A stretch of DNA of 64,000 nucleotides from an uncultured Bacteroidota bacterium (GTDB lineage: Bacteria > Bacteroidota > Bacteroidia > AKYH767-A > 2013-40CM-41-45). The position numbers and the translations under genes were made by a program. Where the stretch lies: the NCBI GenBank assembly GCA_963775555.1, contig CAVZJJ010000004.1:30814-94813 (forward strand), in the 5' to 3' direction. A model generated the notes under the pieces. That model saw only the letters and a program-made list of their open reading frames with translations, did no database searches and was not told the origin of the DNA. Of this stretch, positions 9,519 to 18,945 are shown in pieces (the first letter of the stretch is position 1; the number at the start of each line of letters is the position of its first letter).

Positions 9519-10535
9519 TTGATTATGATTCTGGTTACAGGAGGTACGGGACTTGTTGGTGCTCATCTTATTTTCGACCTGGTTCGGTCCGGACGAAAAG
9601 TGCGGGCACTCAAGCGCGAGAATAGTAAGATGGACATTATTCAACGTGTTTTCCTTAAAGAAACTTCGCTTTTGGAAACGATTGAATGGGTAGAAGGAGA
9701 TGTGACGGATTTATATTCTATTCTGGAGGCCTTGGAAGGAGTTACTGAGGTGTATCACACGGCTGCAATAATTTCTTTTTATCCCGGGGATTTTCCTGAA
9801 ATGATGCGGGTGAATGCTCAAGGCACAGCAAACATGATTAATCTCTCGCTCGAGAAGGGGATAAAGAAATTCTGTCATGTCAGTTCAGTGGCAGCCCTGG
9901 GAAGGGTGGAAGATGGGAAAATAATTTCGGAAGAGGCTGTATGGAAAACTTCAAAGAGCAACAGCAATTATGCAATCAGCAAGTATAGTGCGGAGCGTGA
10001 AGTATGGAGAGGTGTTGAGGAAGGATTGTCGGTTGTGATCGTAAATCCGAGTATCATTCTAGGACCGGGTGACTGGAATACCGGGAGTTCTAAATTATTT
10101 AAGCAGGTGTTAAACGGACTGCGTTTTTATACGGAAGGAATCACCGGCTTTGTGGATGTACGCGACGTATCAGCATGCTGTATTTCGCTTATGGAGCGTG
10201 AGGTATTTGGAAAAAGATTTATCCTGAATGCTGATAACATAGCTTATCGTGAACTTCTTGGTTTCATGGCTACCGGATTTCAGAAGAGAGCTCCAGGGTT
10301 TCTTGCCAAAGTCTGGATGGCAGAGTTGGTGTGGCGGCTGGAGGCGATACGGGGCTGGATTGGAAAAACGAAGCCTTTGATCACGCGTGAAACCATCCGA
10401 AACAGTCAGAAGAAATGGTATTATGCAAATGATCGTGTGAGAACTCAGTTAGGTCATTCTTTTATTCCGGTGAAACGTTCTGTGGAAGATACCTGTGAGA
10501 TCTATCTCAGGGAATTAAAGGAAGGCAGGCTGTAG
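9519..10535 (+). CDS. NAD-dependent epimerase/dehydratase family (extended SDR) protein
   Basis: Has the N-terminal Rossmann motif ILVTGGTGLVGAHL and the catalytic YAISK (YxxxK). 338 aa. Confidence 0.8.
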   Translation: MIMILVTGGTGLVGAHLIFDLVRSGRKVRALKRENSKMDIIQRVFLKETSLLETIEWVEGDVTDLYSILEALEGVTEVYHTAAIISFYPGDFPEMMRVNAQGTANMINLSLEKGIKKFCHVSSVAALGRVEDGKIISEEAVWKTSKSNSNYAISKYSAEREVWRGVEEGLSVVIVNPSIILGPGDWNTGSSKLFKQVLNGLRFYTEGITGFVDVRDVSACCISLMEREVFGKRFILNADNIAYRELLGFMATGFQKRAPGFLAKVWMAELVWRLEAIRGWIGKTKPLITRETIRNSQKKWYYANDRVRTQLGHSFIPVKRSVEDTCEIYLRELKEGRL

Positions 10536-10654
10536 AAAGGATTTTTTCAAGAGTAAAATTTCAATTTCTTTATCACTGATTCTTATCTTCACTCTAGACT
10601 TTGAAGCGTCTTCGAACAGGTTCAGTTCATTCGTACTAATTTGGAACAATAAAT

Positions 10655-11008
10655 TTATTTTTTTTCGAGTTCGCCCTGCTCCTTGCTTAATTCATTCACC
10701 ACTTCTTCATAGATCTCCTTCAGTAATTCAGGATGATTGGTGTAAAATTTCATACTTGCTTCAAATTTATTCAGGGGGATATTTCTCTTTTTCAATATTT
10801 CTTCCTGATAATCCCTCAGGGTGAATTTCACCGTATCGGTATATTCAAAAATGGTTAAAGAGGCCTGTGCCACATGCAGATCAGCCAGCAAAGGTGTTAT
10901 TTCTTCCTTGGTCAATATGTCGGCAGGTATCAGCACAGTGCGATCTTGGCATCCGTAAATAAAGATGACCAGGGACAGAAGAAATATTTTCAGGATGCTC
11001 ACGTTCAT
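10655..11008 (-). CDS. DUF4296-like lipoprotein
   Basis: 117 aa with a lipoprotein signal (LVIFIYGC) and a helical body. It starts 3 nt after the pyrC stop, which is the typical Bacteroidota neighbourhood for DUF4296. The family call is from memory. Confidence 0.6.
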   Translation of the reverse strand: MNVSILKIFLLSLVIFIYGCQDRTVLIPADILTKEEITPLLADLHVAQASLTIFEYTDTVKFTLRDYQEEILKKRNIPLNKFEASMKFYTNHPELLKEIYEEVVNELSKEQGELEKK

Positions 11009-11011
11009 TGA

Positions 11012-12358
11012 TTAAATTTCAAAACTCATTCTCATCGCTGCAGGCAGCTCATTGATTTTTCCGGCAGACCACACCCTATACCCGTTAACAAAGGTGTCAG
11101 TTACGGAAGAGCGGAAAGTAGTTCCTTCAAAAGGACTCCATCCGCATTTTGAAAGGATATTGTCGTGGCTTACCGTCCATGCTGAGTTCAGGTTTACGAG
11201 GGCGAGGTCGGCCCAATAACCTTCCCGGATATAGCCACGCTCCCGTATTCTGAAACAATCAGCGACAGCATGCGCCATTTTTTCAGCGATCTTTTCAAGT
11301 GTAATTTTTCCCTGATGATAAAGTTCAAGCATGGCGGGTAGTGAATGTTGGATCAAAGGGCCTCCGGAAGGAGCCTTCAGGTAGCTTTGTTTTTTCTCAT
11401 CCAGGGTATGTGGAGCATGATCAGTTGCAATTATATCCAGGCGATTATCGAGCAGGGCTTTTAATAATGCTTCCTTGTCTTCTTTCCGCTTCACGGCCGG
11501 GTTCCATTTGATCAGTGAACCGAGTTGATCATAGTCACGGTCGTCGAACCATAGATGATGAATACATACTTCCGCCGTGATTCTTTTTTGTTTTAAAGGA
11601 ATGTCATTGCGAAATAATGCAAGTTCCTTTTCAGTACTCACATGCAGGATGTGGAGGCGTGTATTGTGTTTCTCTGCCAGATTCTTTGCAAAGGAAGAAG
11701 AAATATAACATGCTTCTGCGCTTCGGATTTCAGAGTGTTCCCGGAAGGGGATGTCTTCTCCAAACCTGTTTTTCCAGATTTCCAGATTTCTTTTTATTGT
11801 ACTTTCATCCTCGCAATGTGTTGCGATGAGCAGGGGTGAAGAAGAAAAAACAGCTTCCAGGGCGCGCTCATTGTCCACAAGCATATTCCCTGTGGAAGAG
11901 CCCATAAAAATTTTTATACCGCAGACACTTTCCGGATTTGTCTTTAATAGTTCCTCCAGGTTGTCGTTGGAAGCACCCATGTAAAAAGAATAATTTGCCA
12001 GGGACCGATTCGCAGCCAGTTTGTATTTTTCTTCGAGTAAATTTTGAGTCAGGGTATTAGGAACTGTATTCGGCATCTCCATGTAAGAGGTTACACCACC
12101 TGCAACTGCAGCCCTTGATTCGCTGTGAATGTCTGCTTTGTGAGTGAGTCCGGGTTCCCGGAAATGAACCTGGTCATCTATGATACCGGGAAAGAGATGA
12201 AGTCCGGCTGAATCGATAACAAGAGCATTTTTGTCGCTGAGATCTTTACCGATCTGTTCTATGCGGCCATCACGAACAAGCACATCCAATTGTTGAACAG
12301 AACCTTCATTCACCACCAGGGCATTTTTGATCAGGCAGGAAGGAGCTTGGTTTTTCAT
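11012..12358 (-). CDS. pyrC: dihydroorotase (cyclic amidohydrolase family)
   Basis: 448 aa with metal-binding motifs (DDQVHFREPG, HAPH in TDHAPHTLDEK) and the amidohydrolase fold signature. Its ATG overlaps the stop of the upstream GT2 gene (TAATG). Confidence 0.85.
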   Translation of the reverse strand: MKNQAPSCLIKNALVVNEGSVQQLDVLVRDGRIEQIGKDLSDKNALVIDSAGLHLFPGIIDDQVHFREPGLTHKADIHSESRAAVAGGVTSYMEMPNTVPNTLTQNLLEEKYKLAANRSLANYSFYMGASNDNLEELLKTNPESVCGIKIFMGSSTGNMLVDNERALEAVFSSSPLLIATHCEDESTIKRNLEIWKNRFGEDIPFREHSEIRSAEACYISSSFAKNLAEKHNTRLHILHVSTEKELALFRNDIPLKQKRITAEVCIHHLWFDDRDYDQLGSLIKWNPAVKRKEDKEALLKALLDNRLDIIATDHAPHTLDEKKQSYLKAPSGGPLIQHSLPAMLELYHQGKITLEKIAEKMAHAVADCFRIRERGYIREGYWADLALVNLNSAWTVSHDNILSKCGWSPFEGTTFRSSVTDTFVNGYRVWSAGKINELPAAMRMSFEI

Positions 12359-13101
12359 TAGTGGTTAGGAGCATGTGGATACTTACGGAAAAAACTTTTC
12401 CATTTCATTTCCAGTACACCGAGAATAGCTTCCTTAAAGATTCCTTTACTCATTTTAGATGTTCCTTCTGTCCGGTCGGTGAAAATGATAGGAACCTCTT
12501 TTATTTTAAAACCACATTTCCATGCGGTAAATTTCATTTCAATTTGAAAGGCGTAGCCGATAAATTTTATCTGGGAGAGAGGAATGGTTTCCAGTACTTC
12601 CCGCTTATAGCACATGAAGCCCGCAGTTGTATCCTTGATTCTCATACCGGTGATAATTCGCACATAAACGGATGCATAGTAAGACATCACTACTCTGCCC
12701 AGCGGCCAGTTGACCACATTGGCTCCCCGTATGTATCTAGATCCGATTGCGACGTCAAATCCTTCCATTGAGCAGGCATTGCGCAAGCGAATGAGGTCTT
12801 CCGGATTATGTGAAAAATCACAATCCATTTCAAAAATATAATCGTACTTCTTGGCGATGGCCCATTGAAAACCGTGGATGTAGGCAGTGCCCAGGCCCAG
12901 TTTGCCCTTCCTTTCCTCGATAAAGAGCCGTTCCGAAAATTCCTGTTGAAGTTTTTTAACTATGTCAGCCGTTCCATCAGGTGAACCGTCGTCAATGATG
13001 AGAAGGTGGAAGGGGTAAGAAAGGGAAAAAACCTTTCGCACCATCTTTTCCACATTTTCTTTTTCGTTGTAGGTGGGTATGATGATTAAAGAGTCGCTCA
13101 C
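12358..13101 (-). CDS. polyprenol-phosphate mannosyltransferase (GT2, dolichyl-phosphate beta-D-mannosyltransferase-like)
   Basis: Has the GT2 N-terminus IIIPTYNEKENV, IIDDGSPDGT and FEMDCDFSHNPEDL. 247 aa. It overlaps pyrC by 1 nt, suggesting translational coupling. Confidence 0.85.
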   Translation of the reverse strand: MSDSLIIIPTYNEKENVEKMVRKVFSLSYPFHLLIIDDGSPDGTADIVKKLQQEFSERLFIEERKGKLGLGTAYIHGFQWAIAKKYDYIFEMDCDFSHNPEDLIRLRNACSMEGFDVAIGSRYIRGANVVNWPLGRVVMSYYASVYVRIITGMRIKDTTAGFMCYKREVLETIPLSQIKFIGYAFQIEMKFTAWKCGFKIKEVPIIFTDRTEGTSKMSKGIFKEAILGVLEMKWKSFFRKYPHAPNH

Positions 13102-13205
13102 AAATAGAACCGTTTAGGCACGAAGATAGTGTTTTGCCCCGAAATTCTAATAGAAGAATTGATGAGCCGGAACGCCAATAATAGCAAAGGATTTAAGAGA
13201 GATGC

Positions 13206-13655
13206 TTATGCAGACGGCATCAATCTCCGGTGATAATTGATTTGGCCGAGATGATAGTTCAGGTGGGTGAGGAGATGGGCGAGCATATGCGCTGTAGTCA
13301 TTTCTCTGCCGGATTTGAGCACAGGATAAATCTGATTCAGATCTTCCTCATGAAGGTTTTTTAAAGTAGAGGCGACGATCGCTTTGGTTTTCTCAATTTT
13401 CAGTTTTAACTCTTCCCTTGGAATATTCTTAGTCGAAAATTCAAGATCCCTCTTACGCTCGTATCCTGTTTGACCCAATATTGCTCCGATAAAATGTTGG
13501 AGGTTTCCGCAAATGTGCAATGTGAGGTTGCCGGCGGAATTGGAAACTTCACCGGAAACCTTCCAGATTTTGGTTTCATCATTGTAAAGGGATAATTCTT
13601 CTTCCAGCTTATTTAATTCGCGTAGAAAAAGTTCAAGAAGAATTGGTATGTACAT
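13206..13655 (-). CDS. DinB-family (DUF1572-like) four-helix-bundle protein
   Basis: 149 aa with a His-rich C-terminal helix (HMLAHLLTHLNYHLGQINYH) typical of DinB/YfiT-like metal-binding bundles. Confidence 0.55.
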   Translation of the reverse strand: MYIPILLELFLRELNKLEEELSLYNDETKIWKVSGEVSNSAGNLTLHICGNLQHFIGAILGQTGYERKRDLEFSTKNIPREELKLKIEKTKAIVASTLKNLHEEDLNQIYPVLKSGREMTTAHMLAHLLTHLNYHLGQINYHRRLMPSA

Positions 13656-13817
13656 GGTCGTTATTTTTTTATTTTACTTATGTAAGGGGATTGAATTTTA
13701 AGGATAAGAATTCTTAGTTTGAACTGATACTTGAAATAAGATTTATATCACTAACAAATTTATATATAAATACCTTGTATTTGATGAGGGTAATTTATAT
13801 ATGAGATTTTAGGATTA

Positions 13818-13860
13818 GTCATTTAGCTCCAGAATGTTCAACAACTGAAGCATCAATTAA
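13818..13860. repeat. 43-bp dispersed repeat, copy A (partner at 55606-55648)
   Basis: GTCATTTAGCTCCAGAATGTTCAACAACTGAAGCATCAATTAA. It matches copy B at 37 of 43 positions, including an exact 19-mer. Confidence 0.8.
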
Positions 13861-14660
13861 TAATGTTCCGTTTAATTATTTTTCCTTTATACAAAAAATA
13901 GTTTAACAATTGCAGAAATCAAATGGCTTCATGCATTCAATTTGGTAAAGCTCTTCAAGACCACATTTTATAAAAGAATTCATTCGTTTTGGAAGTAAAT
14001 GCTGACTCAATGCGGGTTCTAATGGGTCTTTGAGGAGAAGATAAAGTCTGATTTTTACAGCTGTTTATTTTCCGGAAAGAGATAGAGCCTATGTCGTTTA
14101 TTTCGAAAGCTTGATAGAATCCTTCCGTAAAACGTCTGAAAAACAAAAAAAAGGCAATAAAATCTTGTTTGCAGGGATTCGATGAATTTTAATTTCTAAT
14201 TTTTTATTTAATTATCATCATAAAAATATTTACCAATTAAATAAGTGCATTGGCCAAAAATAGTAAGAAAGCTATTCTTTGATCATGCTATAAATGAATC
14301 GTATTCAGCGCTCCTGAGTTGTTTTATTTCAATTTTGTTTTTTTAGACTCTCTTCGTCTTGATTGGTATTGGTTTAGCAGTTATTTTTATATTATTGATT
14401 GAATGCCTCTAACCCTTTTGTTGTGAGATTTCTATGAATCGGTGCTTGTAATTATTTATCACCTGTTACCTGGTTAATATTAATTTCAAGCAAGAAGATT
14501 GTGGGTTTCGAATTCATTCAGCAACAAGCTAAACTTAGCTTTATAGGTCATCCCGCTTAGAAGTTTTCTGTCATGAATTTTAATAATTTAAAACATATCC
14601 ACGACTCAAAGAAAATGATTTGAAAAAAAGATACCAGGGTATTAAAATTAATTTTCTCTG

Positions 14661-14677
14661 CAAAGGAAATTCCTTTG
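14661..14677. promoter_or_regulatory. perfect 8+1+8 palindrome CAAAGGAA-A-TTCCTTTG upstream of the giant gene
   Basis: Seen directly in the sequence. It lies 93 nt upstream of ATG 14770 and 174 nt upstream of ATG 14851. It may be an operator or a hairpin; no function is known. Confidence 0.3.
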
Positions 14678-14769
14678 TGGGGGAATTTTTATTGTAATCA
14701 TTTGATCAACTTGATCCTTCCCAAGAAGGGTATTTTTCAATTCGCTTATAAAAAATTTAAAGATTTATC

Positions 14770-17748
14770 ATGAACACAACTGACAATTACCCAATGAAAA
14801 ATAAAAACAATTTCGCTGCAAGAAATTTTAGTGCAATAAAGAAACACACCATGAAATCTTACTACTCATTTTCCCGCCGGCTGTTTAACAGCCTTGTACT
14901 TATTTGCTCTTTACTCCTGATGACCGGACCATCTGCCTATAGTCAGACTGCCTTGCAGTTTAATGGAACAAACCAGTATGTAACATTTGGTGTTGCTACG
15001 AGTACCTTGGGATCATCAACATTCACACTAGAAGCCTGGATTAAAAAAACAGCAGCCGGTCTTACTGTTACTACCGGTACAGGAGGCACAGTGGCAGTGC
15101 CTGTAATTACCAAGGGTAGAGGTGAAGGAGATACGCCTGCCAATTTGAATTGTAATTATTTCCTAGGACTTACTGCGGCAGGTATTCTGACTGCAGATTT
15201 TGAGGACAAGGCCACTGGATTAAATCATCCAATTACAGGTATAGCTGTACTTGCAACAAATACATGGTATCACATTGCTGCAACATATGACGGAACTACT
15301 TGGAGATTATACCTAAACGGAGTATTGGATAATTCGCTTGTTGTAGGTGCTTACTTACCAGAAAATACAAGTATCCAGCATGCAGGACTTGCTACAGCCA
15401 TGACTTCAGCCGGCACAAGTGGGGCTTCAGGATACTTTGCCGGTGTAATTGATGAAGCGCGTATTTGGAATGTAGCCCGCACCCAGGCACAAATCCAGGG
15501 AAGCATGAACTCCGAACTTACTTCCGGCACCGGCCTCCTGGGTCGATGGGGTTTGAATGATGGAAGTGGAACTTCTGCTGCAAACTCGATTGGAGGAAGT
15601 CCGGCAGGAACACTGACAAGTGGACCTACCTGGGTAACAGGAGCGCCGGCATTGGCCCCTCCCGCCACCATACCAACAGCTCCATCAGCTCTTTCCGCCA
15701 CTGCAGTATCTCCTTTCCAGATCAATCTTTCCTGGACAGATAATTCAGGTGATGAAACTGATTTTGAAATTGAAAGATCGACAACAGGTATAGGTGGAAC
15801 CTATTCACTTTTACAAACGGTAACTGCCAATACAACAACATATAGCAGTGTAACTCTTTCTGCAAGCAGCGAATATTGTTACAGGGTCCGTGCCATAAAT
15901 AGTGCCGGTGGATCCGGTTATGCCGGGCCGGCTTGTGCTACTACAACTGCTGAAGGTGATTACGGCCTTGATCTTGGGACATCCAGTGCTTATGTTACAT
16001 TCGGTACTGCCACAGGATTAGATGTATCCGATTTTACATTGGAAGCATGGATTAAAATTGAAGGAGCTGGAGTTACCACAACCACTAGCGGAACAGGGGG
16101 TGGTGGTTTAGAAGGTGCTACGGCTGCTGTGCCTATTGTAACTAAAGGAAGAGGGGAAGGGGAAAGTCCTGCCAATGTCAATATGAATTATTTCATGGGA
16201 TTGGTTGGTAATAAACTTGCGGCAGACTTTGAAGAGGGTACAGGGCCTAATCATTCGGTGATAGGCAATGCAACCATCCCATCCAATACATGGACACATG
16301 TGGCTGCCACTTATGATCCCCTCGATGCAGTCTGGAACCTTTACATCAACGGTGTATTGGATCAGACCCTGGATATTGGTACAAACATCGTTCCTGCCAA
16401 TACAAGTATTCAGCATGCAGGTATTGGAACTGCACTCACTTCAGCAGGTGCAGCAGCTGGTTTCTTCGATGGTAAAGTAGATGAGGTAAGAATTTGGAAC
16501 TATGCAAGAACCATATCAGAAATACAAGCGACAGTGAATTCTCAGATTCTTACTTCCCAATCAGGTCTCATTGGTCGATGGGGATTGAATGACCTTACCG
16601 GAACAGTCGTGAATGGAAGTGCAGGAACAAGTTTTACAGGAACAATTGTGGGGTCAGGTTCAAGCTGGTTTACGCCGGGTGCTCCTTTCAATCTTTCTTT
16701 TGTAGCTCCATCTGCTCCAACGTTGCTTTCCCCCACTGATGCTTCTACAGGAATTGCTATTGCTCCGACCTTGAGTTGGAATGCTGCTGCAGGTGCAATC
16801 ACCTATCAGATACAAGTATCTTCCGTAGCAAATTTTGCAACAACGGTATATGACCAAAGTGGAATAGCTATAACTTCTGCTGTAGTTTCACCTGCCCTTT
16901 TAAACAATACAATTTATTACTGGAGGGTAAATGCAACAAATACTGCAGGAACAAGTGCATGGTCGTCGGTCTGGAGTTTTACGACTTCGCCAATTGTGCC
17001 TGGAGAATATGCACTCCACTTTGGTTCGGGTGGAGCTTATGTCACCTTTGGAACAGCTTCAGGTCTGGCCTCACAAAACTTCACAGTGGAGACCTGGTTT
17101 AAAAAGACAGGAGCAGGAACACCAAATACTACCGGGGGCAGCGGCATTACAATCATTCCTTTGGTCACTAAAGGATCGCCGGAAGCAGAAGCAAGTAATG
17201 TGGATGCAAACTATATTCTTGGAATTCAATCAGGCACCAATGTCATTGCAGCAGATTTTGAAGAAGGAACCGGATCTGTTAGTGCCGGATTAAACCACCC
17301 ATTGGTGGGTAGCACCGTTATAGCAGATAATGTATGGCACCACGCGGCAGTTACATTTCATAACGGAGTGTACAGTATTTATCTGGATGGAGTTCTTGAA
17401 AACACAATAAATCTAACTGCATCGGTATATCCTCAAGGGGCAAGCATACAGCACGCAGCTCTGGGAACGATGATTAATTCAACCGGAACAGCAGTTGGAA
17501 AATTCCAGGGAGTACTTGATGAAGCACGCGTCTGGAATTATGGCAGAACATTATCAGAAATACAATCCACAATTAATTCTCAAATTACAACTTCTCAAGC
17601 AGGCTTACTTGGACGCTGGAGTCTTGATGAAGGTAGTGGCACCACTGTAAGCGGCAGTGCCGGAACAAGTTTTACAGGAACTATCACCGGCACAGGTTCA
17701 AGCTGGTTGACACCGGGTCGCTCCCTTCAATATAATATTTCCCCCTGA
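14770..17748 (+). CDS. N-terminal part of the giant surface protein: signal peptide plus 3 x (LamG-like + Fn3-like) modules; terminated by a frameshift
   Basis: The likely true start is ATG 14851 (MKSYYSFSRRLFNSLVLICSLLLMTGPSAYS|Q, a Sec signal peptide). There are three paralogous LamG/Laminin_G_3-like domains (EAWIKK..., DEARIWN..., GRWGLNDGSG). They are separated by one canonical Fn3 (INLSWTDNSGDETDFEIERS) and by Fn3-like modules (LSWNAAAG..YQIQVSS..YYWRVNA..SAWSSVWSFTT). The last 10 codons are out-of-frame junk following an extra base at about 17719. Confidence 0.85.
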   Translation: MNTTDNYPMKNKNNFAARNFSAIKKHTMKSYYSFSRRLFNSLVLICSLLLMTGPSAYSQTALQFNGTNQYVTFGVATSTLGSSTFTLEAWIKKTAAGLTVTTGTGGTVAVPVITKGRGEGDTPANLNCNYFLGLTAAGILTADFEDKATGLNHPITGIAVLATNTWYHIAATYDGTTWRLYLNGVLDNSLVVGAYLPENTSIQHAGLATAMTSAGTSGASGYFAGVIDEARIWNVARTQAQIQGSMNSELTSGTGLLGRWGLNDGSGTSAANSIGGSPAGTLTSGPTWVTGAPALAPPATIPTAPSALSATAVSPFQINLSWTDNSGDETDFEIERSTTGIGGTYSLLQTVTANTTTYSSVTLSASSEYCYRVRAINSAGGSGYAGPACATTTAEGDYGLDLGTSSAYVTFGTATGLDVSDFTLEAWIKIEGAGVTTTTSGTGGGGLEGATAAVPIVTKGRGEGESPANVNMNYFMGLVGNKLAADFEEGTGPNHSVIGNATIPSNTWTHVAATYDPLDAVWNLYINGVLDQTLDIGTNIVPANTSIQHAGIGTALTSAGAAAGFFDGKVDEVRIWNYARTISEIQATVNSQILTSQSGLIGRWGLNDLTGTVVNGSAGTSFTGTIVGSGSSWFTPGAPFNLSFVAPSAPTLLSPTDASTGIAIAPTLSWNAAAGAITYQIQVSSVANFATTVYDQSGIAITSAVVSPALLNNTIYYWRVNATNTAGTSAWSSVWSFTTSPIVPGEYALHFGSGGAYVTFGTASGLASQNFTVETWFKKTGAGTPNTTGGSGITIIPLVTKGSPEAEASNVDANYILGIQSGTNVIAADFEEGTGSVSAGLNHPLVGSTVIADNVWHHAAVTFHNGVYSIYLDGVLENTINLTASVYPQGASIQHAALGTMINSTGTAVGKFQGVLDEARVWNYGRTLSEIQSTINSQITTSQAGLLGRWSLDEGSGTTVSGSAGTSFTGTITGTGSSWLTPGRSLQYNISP

Positions 17749-18945
17749 TCCACCTATATTGATTTCGCCTGCTGATATATCTACAGGTATAAATGTTTCA
17801 CCAACTCTCAGCTGGAATGCAGCGGCAGGTGCAAGCAGCTATCAGATACAAGTATCTTCCGTAGCAAATTTTGCAACAACAGTATATGACCAAAGTGGAA
17901 TTGCTATAACTTCTGCTGTAGTTTCACCTGCCTTGTTGAACAACACTGTTTATTACTGGAGAGTAAATGCAAGCAATGCATCCGGAACAAGTGCATGGTC
18001 TTCGGTTTGGAGTTTCACTACAACAGCAGCTCCGAGTCCGCTGGTCTGCCATTTACAAATGGAAGAAGGAAGTGGATCCACATTATTTGATTCTTCGACT
18101 TATGGTAATAATGGCACAACTGTGGGAAGCCCGACATGGGCGACAGGTATATTTGGTCAGGCGCTGAGTTTGAACGGATCAACTCAATATGCTACCGTTG
18201 CCGATGCAGCCAGTCTCGATGTGAGTACTTCGATTACTCTGGCTGCCTGGATTAAACCAGCAGGGGCTTCGAATACTACACAGTATGTTATTAAAAAAGC
18301 AACCCAGGGTACGACCAATGGTTATGAACTCTCTTTGTCGAGTGCAGGAAAGGTCTTTGTTCGCTTCAACCAATTTACAAGCGCGGATACCTATAGAATC
18401 AATTCAGTATCGTCTTATCCGTTGAACAGCAGTGCCTGGATGCATATCGCGGCAACGTATGATGGGACAACAATGAAGTTGTACGTTAACGGAATTCAGG
18501 AAAGCGGTAATCTTGCAGGACCGGCTGCAATTGTGACCAATACGCTGCCTCTGGGTATCGGTGCACAAGGCGATGGCGTCTCTAAATTCAACGGACTGTT
18601 GGATGATGTAAGAGTATATAACGTTGCTCTTACTTTAGCAGAAATACAAGCTTTGGCTTCTCCGCCAAGTCCAGGCTTAATTTCTCCTGCAGATCTTGCA
18701 AGCGGAGTAGCTCTTTCTCCCGGCTTAAGCTGGAATGCATCTGCAACGGCCACTTCTTATCAGGTACAGGTTTCCACGACATCTGATTTTTCCAGTACAG
18801 TATATGACCAGAGTGGAATAGCAACAACATCCACTACTGTATCACCTGCCTTGTTGAACAACACTGTTTATTACTGGAGAGTAAATGCAAGTAACGCTTT
18901 CGGAACAAGTGCATGGTCTTCAGTTTGGAGTTTTACTACAGCGGT
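14947..18945 (+). other. LamG-like x4 / Fn3-like x4 head region
   Basis: LamG-like domains lie at about 14947-15640, 15955-16680, 17005-17718 and 18040-18660. Fn3 or Fn3-like modules lie at about 15670-15945, 16710-16995, 17760-18030 and 18665-18945. The last three Fn3-like modules are about 90% identical at DNA level over parts of their length. Confidence 0.7.
17713..17731 (+). other. single-base frameshift site joining the two giant ORFs
   Basis: Here the sequence is ccgggtCgctcccttcaat. The paralogous junction at 16676-16693 is ccgggtgctcctttcaat (PGAPFN). Removing one base restores ...SSWLTPGAPFNIIFPPDPPILISPADISTG... in the frame of the 17759 ORF, which is open from 17711. Confidence 0.8.

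Noticed and set aside
13955-14146. 63-aa ORF on the minus strand in the AT-rich leader
   Set aside because: It has no promoter or start context and its composition is driven by AT-rich DNA, so it is most likely chance.
17713-17760. Programmed ribosomal frameshift at the ORF1/ORF2 junction
   Set aside because: There is no slippery homopolymer or X-XXY-YYZ heptamer, and I saw no obvious stimulatory hairpin. The sequence looks like a plain 1-nt insertion relative to its paralogue. I keep it as an unlikely alternative, not a claim.
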